Source of the DNA: Chloroflexota bacterium
GTDB lineage: Bacteria > Chloroflexota > UBA6077 > SHYK01
Direction of reading: 5' to 3'
Assembly: GCA_035652535.1 (NCBI GenBank)
Contig: DASRDP010000084.1
Location: 2,282-66,281, forward strand
DNA: 64,000 bases
In this document: positions 1 to 8,833 of the stretch, piece by piece
How positions within the stretch are numbered: position 1 is the first letter of the stretch
Layout: each line of letters starts with the position of its first letter
Program-made: the position numbers and the translations under genes
The notes under the pieces: generated by a model
Databases searched by the model: none
What the model was told of the DNA's origin: nothing
The model's input: only the letters and a program-made list of their open reading frames with translations

Positions 1-947
1 GCGACGGGCGCGAGGCGCTCGTCTCCTTCAATGCCGCAGTGTACGAGCAGCCTGACGGGCGGCAGCGCGGAATCTTCGCCGTGGCGCGCGATGTGACCGA
101 GCAGAAGCGCATGGAGGAGGAGCTTCGACGCAGCGAGTTGACGCTCGAGCGCCTCAACGCCGAGCTGGAGGAGCGCGTGCAGGAGCGGACGTCGCAGCTG
201 GAAGCGACGAACAAGGAACTGGAGGCATTCACCTACGCCGTATCGCACGACCTTCGCGCCCCCCTTCGCGCGATCGACGGGTTCAGCATGGCTCTTATGG
301 AGGACGCCGCGGATCGGCTCGATGAGGTCGGCAAGGGCTACGTGCGTCGAGTGCGCGCGGCGGTCGAGCGCATGGCCGATCTCATCGACGACCTGCTGAA
401 GCTGTCGCGCCTCACCCGCGGGGAGCTGCGCATCGAGGAAGTCGATCTGAGCGCCATGGCGCGCGCCGTCGCCGACGAGCTGCGCGCGACCCAGCCCGAA
501 CGCCCGGTGACGTTCGAGATCGCGGACGGGCTGCTCGCATTTGCTGACCAGTCGCTGATCCGGGCTGCAATGGAGAACCTGCTCGGGAATGCCTGGAAGT
601 TCAGCCGAAACGTCGCGCATGCCCAGATCGAGGTGGGCGCGGCCGAGATCGGAGGCTGCCCCGCGTTCTTTGTCCGGGACAACGGCGCCGGGTTCGACAT
701 GGCGTTTGCGGACAAGCTATTCGGCGCATTTCAGCGTCTCCACACCAAGGAGGAGTTCGAGGGCAACGGAATCGGCCTCGCCACAGTCCAGCGCATCATC
801 CACCGCCACGGCGGCCGCGTCTGGGGCGAGGGCGAGGTTGGAAAGGGCGCGACGTTCTGGTTCACAGTCCCGGCGCGGGAGGACGCTCGCGCGCCGGAAA
901 TCGAAAGGAGTGGCACAGATGCCAGATCAACCGGTGCTGTTGGTTGA
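1..947 (+). CDS. Sensor histidine kinase, C-terminal part (PAS tail, coiled coil, HisKA, HATPase_c); 5' end lies outside the window
   Basis: Frame is open from the window edge (track ORF 39..947 starts at an internal GTG). H-box FTYAVSHDLRAPLRAI. ATPase boxes NLLGNAWKF, DNGAGFD, GNGIGLATV, GKGATFWF. Confidence 0.9.
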   Translation, partial: DGREALVSFNAAVYEQPDGRQRGIFAVARDVTEQKRMEEELRRSELTLERLNAELEERVQERTSQLEATNKELEAFTYAVSHDLRAPLRAIDGFSMALMEDAADRLDEVGKGYVRRVRAAVERMADLIDDLLKLSRLTRGELRIEEVDLSAMARAVADELRATQPERPVTFEIADGLLAFADQSLIRAAMENLLGNAWKFSRNVAHAQIEVGAAEIGGCPAFFVRDNGAGFDMAFADKLFGAFQRLHTKEEFEGNGIGLATVQRIIHRHGGRVWGEGEVGKGATFWFTVPAREDARAPEIERSGTDARSTGAVG

Positions 948-1353
948 AGACAATCCCGACGATGAGGAGCTGACGCGGCGAGCGTTCAAAAAGAGCCGAG
1001 TGATCAATGAGCTGGTCGTCGCGCGGGACGGCCAGGAGGCGCTGGACTGCATTTTCGGGGATGGCGCGAGGCCAATCGCCGATATCCAGCTCGTCCTGCT
1101 GGATTTGAAACTTCCGAAGATCCACGGGCTGGAGGTGCTCCGTCGGATCCGGTCAGACCCGCGCACGCGCACGCTCCCAGTCGTGATTCTCACCTCGTCG
1201 GACGAGGAGCGCGACCTCGTTGCCGGTTACGACCTGGGAGCGAACAGCTACATTCGAAAGCCCGTTGACTTCCAGCAGTTCGCCGAGGCCGTGCAACAGC
1301 TCAGTCTTTACTGGCTGGTGTTGAACGAGCCGCCGCCGGCGACGGCCGCGTAG
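919..1353 (+). CDS. Single-domain (CheY-like) response regulator
   Basis: ATG 919 preceded by AAAGGAG (904-910) and overlapping the upstream kinase by 29 nt. REC signature LLVEDNPDDEEL ... VLLDLKLPKIHG ... ILTSS ... KP. No output domain. Confidence 0.9.
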   Translation: MPDQPVLLVEDNPDDEELTRRAFKKSRVINELVVARDGQEALDCIFGDGARPIADIQLVLLDLKLPKIHGLEVLRRIRSDPRTRTLPVVILTSSDEERDLVAGYDLGANSYIRKPVDFQQFAEAVQQLSLYWLVLNEPPPATAA

Positions 1354-1359
1354 GGCGGA

Positions 1360-3168
1360 ATGGCTGTGCAGGGGCCGCCGATGTCGAAACCGCCCTGGGG
1401 CTTGCGCCTCCAGCTTGCGGCCGTGACCATTGGTGTCGCGCTGCTCACCGGCGCGGGCATCGCCGCCCTGTTCATTGTGCGCAGCAGCCAGGCGCTGCGC
1501 GACGATGTCCTGAGCGAGCAGCTTGCCACGGCCAGCCTCACCGCGGAGTTTGCGTCCATCTACGTTGCCGGCGCGCAGATGGCAGTAGACGGACTGGCGC
1601 GCGAGGCTCGCCTGGTCGAAGCGGCTACGTCGGACACGCCTGAGTCGGCATCGCCCGACCTCGCAGTCTTCCTCCACAGCTACACCCCCCTCGCGGCCAT
1701 CACCCTGTTCGACCTCGATGGGGTCTCACGCGCTACAGGGCTCGCCGACCCGGCGGCCGTGGGCGTCTCCGCGGCTGACCGAGACTACTTCCAGGAAATC
1801 GCGCGAACGAAGGAGCCCTTCGTCGGTCGGCCGATCGTGTCCCGGATCACCAGCCTCCCCGTCGTCCCGTACGCGGTGCCGGTCGTCGATACGGAAGGAA
1901 CGATGCGCGCGGTCCTGATGGGGTCGATCTCCGTGGCACGTCTCTCCGAGGCCCTGGCCAGGGTCAATCCCGACAGCCTGCTGCGCATCTCCGTCGTCGA
2001 CCGGCGCGAGGGCGGAACGAACATCGCGCACACGGACCCCTCCAGGCTCCTCGATCGACCGAATCTTGGCCCTGGCGCGCTCTCGCAGATCCTTGCAGGA
2101 GCCGCGGGAACGGAGCAGTTCCGCAGTCCTGACGGCAACGAATTGCTCCTTGCCTTTAATCCCATTCCCGGCCTACCGTGGTCCGTGGTGACTTGGCAGC
2201 CGGCCGACCAGGCCATGGCCCCGATCACCCGGCGCGGGTGGGAGGCGGCCGCCTTCGCCGCGGTGGCGATCGTTCTCGCCGGAGCGGCAGGGATCGTCGT
2301 GTCGCTCCGGATCAGCCATCCGGTCCTTCGCTTGCGCGATGCGGCGCGCCGCGTGGCGGCCGGCGACCTCGCCGTTCGCGTACGCTTCACCCAGCAAGAC
2401 GAGATCGGCCAGCTCGGCCGCGCCTTCGACGCCATGGCGGAATCACTCCAGGAGCGGTCGCGCGCCCTCGAGGCGGCGAACCGCGAGATGGAGGACTTCA
2501 GCTACGCGGTCGCCCACGAGCTGCGCGCGCCCCTCCGCGCCATCTACGGCTTCAGCCACGAGCTGGTGGCCGAGCATGGCGCTCAGCTCGACGAGCAAGC
2601 CCGGGGCGACCTGAGCCGAATCCGCGCAGCGAGCCTGCGGATGGGCCAGCTCATCGAGGGCGTCCTGACCCTGCTCCGACTCGGCAGAGTCGAGCTTCGT
2701 CGGGAAGCGGTCGACCTGAGCGCCATTGCCGACACAGTCGCGCGCCAGCTCCAGGCCGAGGCGCCGGACCGCGCCGTTCGCGTCACCATCGCCAAAGGGG
2801 TGATGGCCCGAGGCGACCCGGCGCTCCTGCGGACAGCGCTCGCGCACCTCCTGGGAAACGCGTGGAAGTTCACGCGCCCGATCACCGCGCCGGCGATCGC
2901 CTTCGGCTCGCATCAGGCAGATGGAGCGACGGCCTACTTCGTGCGCGACAACGGTGTCGGCTTCGACATGGCCCACACGGCGAACCTGTTCGGCGCGTTC
3001 CAGCGCTTGCACAGCGTCGACGAGTTCGAGGGCAACGGCGTTGGACTCGCGGCGGTCCAGCGCATTGTCCGCCGCCACGGCGGGCGCGTCTGGGCCGAAG
3101 CCGCGCCCGGAAAGGGCGCCACGTTCTGGTTCACGTTGGAGCCGGGGAATGAGAACCACCATGACTGA
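1360..3168 (+). CDS. Membrane sensor histidine kinase (Cache-like extracytoplasmic domain, HAMP, HisKA, HATPase_c)
   Basis: 602-aa ORF starting 6 nt after the RR stop. Two hydrophobic segments bracket a sensor region of about 260 aa. HAMP (AARRVAAGDLAVRVRF) and H-box FSYAVAHELRAPLRAI. The catalytic boxes are near-identical to the kinase at 1..947 (paralogue). Confidence 0.9.
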   Translation: MAVQGPPMSKPPWGLRLQLAAVTIGVALLTGAGIAALFIVRSSQALRDDVLSEQLATASLTAEFASIYVAGAQMAVDGLAREARLVEAATSDTPESASPDLAVFLHSYTPLAAITLFDLDGVSRATGLADPAAVGVSAADRDYFQEIARTKEPFVGRPIVSRITSLPVVPYAVPVVDTEGTMRAVLMGSISVARLSEALARVNPDSLLRISVVDRREGGTNIAHTDPSRLLDRPNLGPGALSQILAGAAGTEQFRSPDGNELLLAFNPIPGLPWSVVTWQPADQAMAPITRRGWEAAAFAAVAIVLAGAAGIVVSLRISHPVLRLRDAARRVAAGDLAVRVRFTQQDEIGQLGRAFDAMAESLQERSRALEAANREMEDFSYAVAHELRAPLRAIYGFSHELVAEHGAQLDEQARGDLSRIRAASLRMGQLIEGVLTLLRLGRVELRREAVDLSAIADTVARQLQAEAPDRAVRVTIAKGVMARGDPALLRTALAHLLGNAWKFTRPITAPAIAFGSHQADGATAYFVRDNGVGFDMAHTANLFGAFQRLHSVDEFEGNGVGLAAVQRIVRRHGGRVWAEAAPGKGATFWFTLEPGNENHHD

Positions 3169-5497
3169 CCGGACCTTGCACGTCCTCTTCGTCGAGGACA
3201 ATCCCGACGACGCCGAGATCATCGCGCGGCAGCTCCGGCGGGAGCTGGGGCCCGTGAAGCACCGGCGGGTCGAGACGCCGGAGGCCCTGGAAAGGGCCCA
3301 CGCCGAGCGGGCATGGGACGTCGTGCTTGTCGACTATACGCTCCCGCGCTTCAACGGGGCGGACGCCGTTCGGCTGGTGCGCCAGTGGCGGCCGGAGCCC
3401 CCCTCCATTGTCGTGTCGGGAACCATTACCGACGAGGTGGCCGCCGAGCTGTTGCGGGTCGGCGCGGCGGACTTCATCCTGAAGGACCGACCGGCCCGTC
3501 TCAGCCACGCCATCCGGCACGCGATGGAGGAGGCGCGCCTGCGCGCCGAAGCACGCTCGGCGCTCGCGGAGCTCAAGTCCAGTGAGAAGCGCTTCCGCTC
3601 CCTCATCGAGCAGGGCTCCGATTTCATCGCCATCGTAGACGACAACGGCGTGATGACATACGTCGCCCCGTCCGTGCTTCGGTTGTTCGGCTACCAGGCG
3701 GACGAGGTCCTCGGTCGCAACATCCTCGATTGGGTCCATCCCGACGACGTCGAGCGCGCCAGAGCTGGCCTCGCAGACCTCTTGCGCAATCCCGCGTCGC
3801 CACGCGTCGAGACCTTTCGAGTGCGGCACCGGAGCGGCGAGTATCGCTGGCTCGAGGGCTCCGGGACGGTCCTGAGCGACGAATCCGCCGTGCGCGCCGT
3901 TGTGCTGAACTATCACGACATCACCGAGCGGCGCACTGCCGAAATCGCGCTCGCGGAAAGCGAGGCGCAGTATCGACGCATCGTCACGTCGGTCCAGGAG
4001 GGGATCAGCCAGATCGACGCCGAGGACCGCATGGTGTTCGTGAACGACCGCATGGCCGCGATGCTGGGCTACGCGCCGGAGGAGATGCTGGGCCGCCCGC
4101 TCGCCGACTTCATCGGACCCACTCGGCGGGGGGCTCCGCTGAATGAGGCGATGGCTCGGCGGCACATGGGTGTCGCCGAGCGCATCGAGGTCGACCTGCT
4201 CCACAAGAACGGCGGGATCGTCTGGGCGATCGTCTCCGCGAGCCCGCTGTTCGATGCCCATGGACACTACGTCGGCGCCCTGGCCGCGCTGACCGATATC
4301 ACCGACCGCAAGCGTGACGAGGAGGCTCTCGCCTCCAAAAACCGCGCGCTGCGCACCCTCAGCCGAGGCAATGACGAGCTGATCCATGCGTCCACCGAGA
4401 TCGATCTGGTGCGAGGGATCTGCCGAGCCGTCGTCGAGGAGGGCGGCTACCGCTTTGCCTGGGTCGGGTACGTCGAGCGCCACGGGGCGCGAATGATCCG
4501 GCCGATCGCGTGGGCCGGGCAGGACGCCACGTACCTCGAAGATGCTCCGCCGGTCGTGGGCGGCGGCAGGACGGGCGGACGGCCGATCGCCGCCGCGGTC
4601 CGGACCGGCGAGGTCGCCGTCGTGCAGCAGCTCGACCGCAGGCCGGTGACGCGATGGATGAAGGAGGCGCGCAAACGAGGGTACATGTCCGTCATCGCAA
4701 TCCCGCTCAAGGACGGAGAGGACGTGTTCGGCGTGCTCAATATCTACGCGGCGCAGCCGGACGCGTTCGATCACGATGAGCGCCAGCTCCTCGAGGAGCT
4801 GGCCAATGACCTGGCGTTCGGGATCCTCGGGCTGCGCGAGCGCGCCGCGCACACGGAGACCCAGCGCCGCGAGCTGGAGGCGCTGCAAAAGATCCGCGCG
4901 ACGATCGAAGCGACCGTGGCCGCGCTCGCCGGGGCGCTGGAGCTCCGGGACCCGTATACGGCGGGCCACCAGCGCCGGGTGGCGAGCCTGGCCGCGGCCA
5001 TTGGCCGCGGGCTTGGCCTCCCGGACGACCGGGTCGAGGGGATCCGCTTCGGCGCGCTCATCCACGACATCGGCAAGGTCTACGTGCCGTCCGAGATCCT
5101 CAATCGCCCCGGCACCCTCACGCCCGTCGAGTTCGAGCTGATCAAGACCCACGCCCAGGCCGGTTACGACATCGTGAAGGACGTGCAGTTCCCCTGGCCC
5201 ATCGCCGAGATGGTGCTCCAGCACCACGAGCGGCTGGACGGGTCCGGCTACCCGAACGGCCTGCGCGGCGAGGCAATCTGCCTGGAGGCGCGCATCCTGG
5301 CCGTGGCGGACGTGGTGGAGGCGATCGGTACATTCCGTCCCTATCGGCCCGCGCTGGGCATGGACCGCGGCCTGGAGGTGATTAGGAGTCAGCGTGGGGT
5401 CGCCTTCGACGCGTCGGTCGTCGACGCCTGCATCCAGGTGATCGGGGCGGGGTTCCGCTTCGAGGCCGCGAACGACGTGCAGGAAGGAGGTTCGTGA
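3161..5497 (+). CDS. Response regulator with REC-PAS-PAS-GAF-HD-GYP architecture (predicted c-di-GMP phosphodiesterase)
   Basis: ATG 3161 overlaps the kinase stop by 8 nt (the track ORF 2921..5497 begins in the overlap). REC motif VLFVEDNPDDAEI. Two PAS-like blocks, a GAF-like block, then HD-GYP motifs HDIGKV and HHERLDGSGYPNGL. Confidence 0.85.
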   Translation: MTDRTLHVLFVEDNPDDAEIIARQLRRELGPVKHRRVETPEALERAHAERAWDVVLVDYTLPRFNGADAVRLVRQWRPEPPSIVVSGTITDEVAAELLRVGAADFILKDRPARLSHAIRHAMEEARLRAEARSALAELKSSEKRFRSLIEQGSDFIAIVDDNGVMTYVAPSVLRLFGYQADEVLGRNILDWVHPDDVERARAGLADLLRNPASPRVETFRVRHRSGEYRWLEGSGTVLSDESAVRAVVLNYHDITERRTAEIALAESEAQYRRIVTSVQEGISQIDAEDRMVFVNDRMAAMLGYAPEEMLGRPLADFIGPTRRGAPLNEAMARRHMGVAERIEVDLLHKNGGIVWAIVSASPLFDAHGHYVGALAALTDITDRKRDEEALASKNRALRTLSRGNDELIHASTEIDLVRGICRAVVEEGGYRFAWVGYVERHGARMIRPIAWAGQDATYLEDAPPVVGGGRTGGRPIAAAVRTGEVAVVQQLDRRPVTRWMKEARKRGYMSVIAIPLKDGEDVFGVLNIYAAQPDAFDHDERQLLEELANDLAFGILGLRERAAHTETQRRELEALQKIRATIEATVAALAGALELRDPYTAGHQRRVASLAAAIGRGLGLPDDRVEGIRFGALIHDIGKVYVPSEILNRPGTLTPVEFELIKTHAQAGYDIVKDVQFPWPIAEMVLQHHERLDGSGYPNGLRGEAICLEARILAVADVVEAIGTFRPYRPALGMDRGLEVIRSQRGVAFDASVVDACIQVIGAGFRFEAANDVQEGGS

Positions 5498-6025
5498 GTG
5501 GTGATGATGCAAGGAGAAAGAACCGCTATGCTGGAGCCCGGGACCTACGCTGATACCTTTCGCGCGCTGAGCGCCTCCATCACCCAGGTGAAGGGGAGAA
5601 ACATCGGGATCGTCGACCGCGGCGACCATGTCGAGGTGTCGTGGCTGGGAGACGACGGCGTGCGGCACGAGCGTCACTTCAACGAGCCGGATCTGGCGTC
5701 GCTCCGCGAGTGGGGAAAGAAGCTTCGCGGCGCGCATCGGTCCGCGCCCACGGGGATCACCGAGGCGGTCCGCTCCCTCCGCGACCAGGGGATTCCGGAC
5801 GCGGTCGAGTCGCTGCGCACCCTTGGCCAGATCCTGGACGAGCGCGCGGCGGAGGAGATCGCCATCGCGGAGATGACGGGCGGCTACTGGGTGTCGTGGA
5901 ATAGCCGAGGCGCGAAGGTGAGCATGGTGTTCGCCCGCGACGAGCTGACGGCGCGCGCGCTGCGGTACCAGACGCTCCGCGGGCGGCCCGACGAGGCGGC
6001 GCCGACAATGCGCAGGCGCCGCTGA
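5498..6025 (+). CDS. Hypothetical protein, last gene of the signalling operon
   Basis: GTG 5498 abuts the HD-GYP stop (TGA 5495-5497) with GGAGG 7 nt upstream; an alternative ATG is at 5528. No family recognised. Apparent two-fold internal repeat (..VEVSWLGDDG..F..DL..LRG and ..YWVSWNSRGA..F..EL..LRG). Confidence 0.6.
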   Translation: MVMMQGERTAMLEPGTYADTFRALSASITQVKGRNIGIVDRGDHVEVSWLGDDGVRHERHFNEPDLASLREWGKKLRGAHRSAPTGITEAVRSLRDQGIPDAVESLRTLGQILDERAAEEIAIAEMTGGYWVSWNSRGAKVSMVFARDELTARALRYQTLRGRPDEAAPTMRRRR

Positions 6026-6040
6026 TTCCCACCCCCGCTG

Positions 6041-6166
6041 CCCCCAACCCCACCCTCCCCCGCTGCGGCAGGGGAGGGGGTTGGATCTTCCCCCCGCGAC
6101 CGGTGGAGGTTCAGGGAGGGCGTGAGGCCCCCACCCCCACCCCCCCCCGCTGCGGCAGGGGAGGGA
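6041..6166. repeat. Two copies of a G/C-rich hairpin element (family 1)
   Basis: Identical 21-nt core CCCCGCTGCGGCAGGGGAGGG at 6058-6078 and 6145-6165. Stem CCCTCCCC/GGGGAGGG. Lies between convergent genes. Confidence 0.8.
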
Positions 6167-6173
6167 GTAAACT

Positions 6174-6240
6174 GTCATCCCGAGGGCGAAGCCCGAGGGA
6201 TCTCGCTCGACAGAGATGCCGCGCTGCGCTCGGCATGATC
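6174..6240 (+). repeat. Palindromic intergenic element, family 2 (diverged copy)
   Basis: GTCATCCCGAGGGCGAAGC...GCTGCGCTCGGCATGATC. Same architecture as the copies at 8673-8816 and 12259-12324. Confidence 0.75.
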
Positions 6241-6255
6241 GGGAAGGCCGAGCCC

Positions 6256-7569
6256 TCACCTCCCCCGGGCGGCCGCCCCGCGCGCCGAAGCCTCGCCCGC
6301 CGCTGCCCGCGTGACGAGCACCAGCAGGCCCAGGACTACGAAGCACAGCAGCAGGGCGCTGAGCCCCAGCGACCAGCGAATGCTGATGAAGCCGCCCAGG
6401 ATCCCGACCGTCACCCCGCTGCCCGCCTTCAGCCCGTTGCTCGCCATGCTGTAGAGGCCGATGACGCGGCCTCGCTCGGCCGGCGGCGCCAGGAGCTGGA
6501 CGAGCGTCTGCGCGATGGACTGTGACGCGAGGCTGGCCACGCCCGCCAGGATCAGCAGCAGGATCGAGAGCGGATAGCTTTCGGTGGCCGCGAAGCCGAT
6601 CATGCTCAGCCCCCAGACGACCGTGCTGAAGAGCGCGGTGCGGGCGCTCGGGCGGAGCAGGCCGCTCGCCTCGAGCAGGATGCCCCCCAGCACCGCGCCG
6701 CCGGCGTTGGCGGCGATGAAGCCGCCGTAGGCGAGGCCCGCCGTGTCGATGCCCAGGTCGTGGGCGAACTCGGGCATCTGGGGCCCGAGGGCGGCGCCGA
6801 TCAAGAGGGCGCTCACCCCACCGAGGGCGACCATGGCGATGATGGTCGGGTTGTCGGCCACGTCGCGAAGCACGCGCACGGCGGCGACGAGCGAGAGGCG
6901 CGGCCGGCGGGCGCCGGGCTGCTCGCGAAGGTGGCCGGTATACGGAACGGTGAGCAGCCACGTTGTGAGCGGGAGGTAGATCAGCACGTTGGCGAAGATG
7001 CCGAAGGTGGGCCCGAGTCCCAGCAGCAGCGCGGACCCGACGGCTGGGCCGCAGAGGATCCCCAGGCTGCGCGCCGTCGAGTTCAGGCGCACGGCGCTGG
7101 GGAGCGTCTCCGGCCCGACGATGTCGTGGAGCATGAGCTGCTCGGCCGGCGCCCAGAGGGCCGCCGCCATACCGTGGAGGGAGAGGAGCACCATGGCGTG
7201 CCAGACCTCGAGCCGCTGGGTCAAGAACAGGGCTCCCCACGACGCGGAGACGGACATAAAGAGGAGCTGCGACGCCTGGATGACCTTCCGGCAATCGTAC
7301 CGGTCCGCTAGCGAGCCGAAGAAGACGGACAGAAGCAGGAACGGCACCCAGTGGCTGATGACCGCGAACCCGGCGAGGGCGGGCGAGTGGAAGTACTGGT
7401 AGAGCATCCAGTAGGTGATGACGTGCTCGACGTTGTCGCCCATCATCGAGAGCATGCCGCCGACGAGGTACCGCCGGCAGTCCGGATTCGCGAGGGCAAG
7501 GAAGCGCGTGGCGGCTGGGCGACGCTCCGCTCCCGTGGTGTCGCCGGGGACGCGCGCGCCGGTGCTCAC
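6256..7569 (-). CDS. MFS transporter (EntS/MFS_3-like)
   Basis: Track ORF 6256..7665. About 12 hydrophobic segments. N-terminal motif FLALANPDCRRYLVGGMLSMMGDN. GTG 7569 has GGAGG 11 nt upstream, whereas ATG 7665 has GGAGG directly abutting it, so the start is uncertain. Confidence 0.8.
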   Translation of the reverse strand: MSTGARVPGDTTGAERRPAATRFLALANPDCRRYLVGGMLSMMGDNVEHVITYWMLYQYFHSPALAGFAVISHWVPFLLLSVFFGSLADRYDCRKVIQASQLLFMSVSASWGALFLTQRLEVWHAMVLLSLHGMAAALWAPAEQLMLHDIVGPETLPSAVRLNSTARSLGILCGPAVGSALLLGLGPTFGIFANVLIYLPLTTWLLTVPYTGHLREQPGARRPRLSLVAAVRVLRDVADNPTIIAMVALGGVSALLIGAALGPQMPEFAHDLGIDTAGLAYGGFIAANAGGAVLGGILLEASGLLRPSARTALFSTVVWGLSMIGFAATESYPLSILLLILAGVASLASQSIAQTLVQLLAPPAERGRVIGLYSMASNGLKAGSGVTVGILGGFISIRWSLGLSALLLCFVVLGLLVLVTRAAAGEASARGAAARGR

Positions 7570-7709
7570 GAAGCCCAAAACCTCCGAGGGGCAACGTCGG
7601 GGTGCACCCAGGATGATAGGGCAGCGACCGAGCGCCTTGGGCCGTATACTCTCGGCGGCCGGCATCCTCCAATCCCCCGATCACCCCATCCCGAGGCCCG
7701 ATTCCGCCA

Positions 7710-8678
7710 GTGAGATCCGATCCCCCGGACGACGACTTCGACGAAGCCTACGACGACGAGGAGCGGCCGCGTCGGCGCATCGGGCCGCTCAAGGTCGCCT
7801 TCATCGGGCTCGTCTGCGGCGTCGCCCTCAGCTTCGGCGCGATCCTGACGGCCTTCTCGACGGGGACCGGCGCCGGGGCGCCCGGGGCGCTGACCATCCT
7901 CATGATGGGGACCGACCAGCGGCCGGACGAGCGCGGGTCGGACCCCGGGCGGACCGATTCGATGATGTTGGTTGTGGTGCGGCCGAACGCTCCCGTGGCG
8001 CTCGTCTCGGTCCCCCGCGATCTCTGGGTCTCGATCCCCGGCTATGGGGAGGGGCGAATCAATACGGCGTATCGCAGCGCCGAGTTGGAGCGGCCCGGTA
8101 GCGGGCCCGCCGAGGCAAAGACAACGGTCGCGGCGGCGCTGGGGATCCACGTCGACCGGTACGTGTTGGTCGACATGGCAGGCCTGCGGACCATCGTCGA
8201 CGACGTGGGCGGCGTCGACGTCGACGTGCCAACAACCATCATCGACCAGGCCTTCCCCACGGACGATTACGGCATTACCACCATCGAGATTCCGGCCGGG
8301 CGCCAGCACCTGAACGGCGCGATGGCCCTCGCCTACGCCCGGACCCGCCACCAGGACAGCGACTTCGGGCGGATGGGGCGCCAGCAGCAGGTGATCGAGG
8401 CGCTGATGGCGAAGCTGGCGCGCCCGTCCGGGATGCTGGCCGCGCCCCGGGTGTTGCGCGCGGTCTCCGCGGCCACGCGATCCGACCTATCACCGGCGGA
8501 CGCGGCGTTTCTGGCGGCCGGGGGCGTGCTGGCCGGGGGCGGCGTGCGCCAGATGGTGATCGGCCCGGAGTTGGTGAGTCCGCTGACCGGTGACGACGGC
8601 GCGGCGCTCCTGCAGCCGCGGCCGGGGCTGAAGGCCGCGGTCGCGGACTTTGTGGAGTTGGCTTCTCCGCGCTCCTGA
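7710..8678 (+). CDS. LCP (LytR-CpsA-Psr) family cell-envelope phosphotransferase
   Basis: N-terminal TM helix, then RTDSMMLVVV...LVSVPRDLWV...GRINTAY...ALAYARTRH..SDFGRMGRQQQVI, typical of the LCP family. Confidence 0.85.
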   Translation: MRSDPPDDDFDEAYDDEERPRRRIGPLKVAFIGLVCGVALSFGAILTAFSTGTGAGAPGALTILMMGTDQRPDERGSDPGRTDSMMLVVVRPNAPVALVSVPRDLWVSIPGYGEGRINTAYRSAELERPGSGPAEAKTTVAAALGIHVDRYVLVDMAGLRTIVDDVGGVDVDVPTTIIDQAFPTDDYGITTIEIPAGRQHLNGAMALAYARTRHQDSDFGRMGRQQQVIEALMAKLARPSGMLAAPRVLRAVSAATRSDLSPADAAFLAAGGVLAGGGVRQMVIGPELVSPLTGDDGAALLQPRPGLKAAVADFVELASPRS

Positions 8679-8816
8679 GGGCGCAGCGCGAAGGATCTCG
8701 ATGGCTGGAGATGCTTCGCTGCGCTCAGCATGACAAACGTCGGTCGGTCAGTCATCCTGAGGGCGCAGCCCGAAGGATCTCGATGGCCGGAGATGCTTCG
8801 CTGCGCTCAGCATGAC
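8673..8816 (+). repeat. Two tandem copies (82-bp period) of palindromic intergenic element family 2
   Basis: TCCTGAGGGCGCAGC(g/c)CGAAGGATCTCGATGGC(t/c)GGAGATGCTTCGCTGCGCTCAGCATGAC at 8673-8734 and 8755-8816. The outer and inner arms are inverted repeats. The first copy contains the LCP stop codon (8676-8678). Confidence 0.9.
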
Positions 8817-8833
8817 CGTCATTCAGATCAGAT

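Noticed and set aside
3131-7684. 1517-aa ORF on the minus strand, the longest in the track
   Set aside because: It runs antisense across four well-supported plus-strand genes (HK, HD-GYP regulator, the small ORF) and the repeat region. Its translation is Arg/Pro/Gly/Ala-rich low-complexity sequence with no domain signature. This is the typical stop-poor shadow frame of GC-rich DNA.
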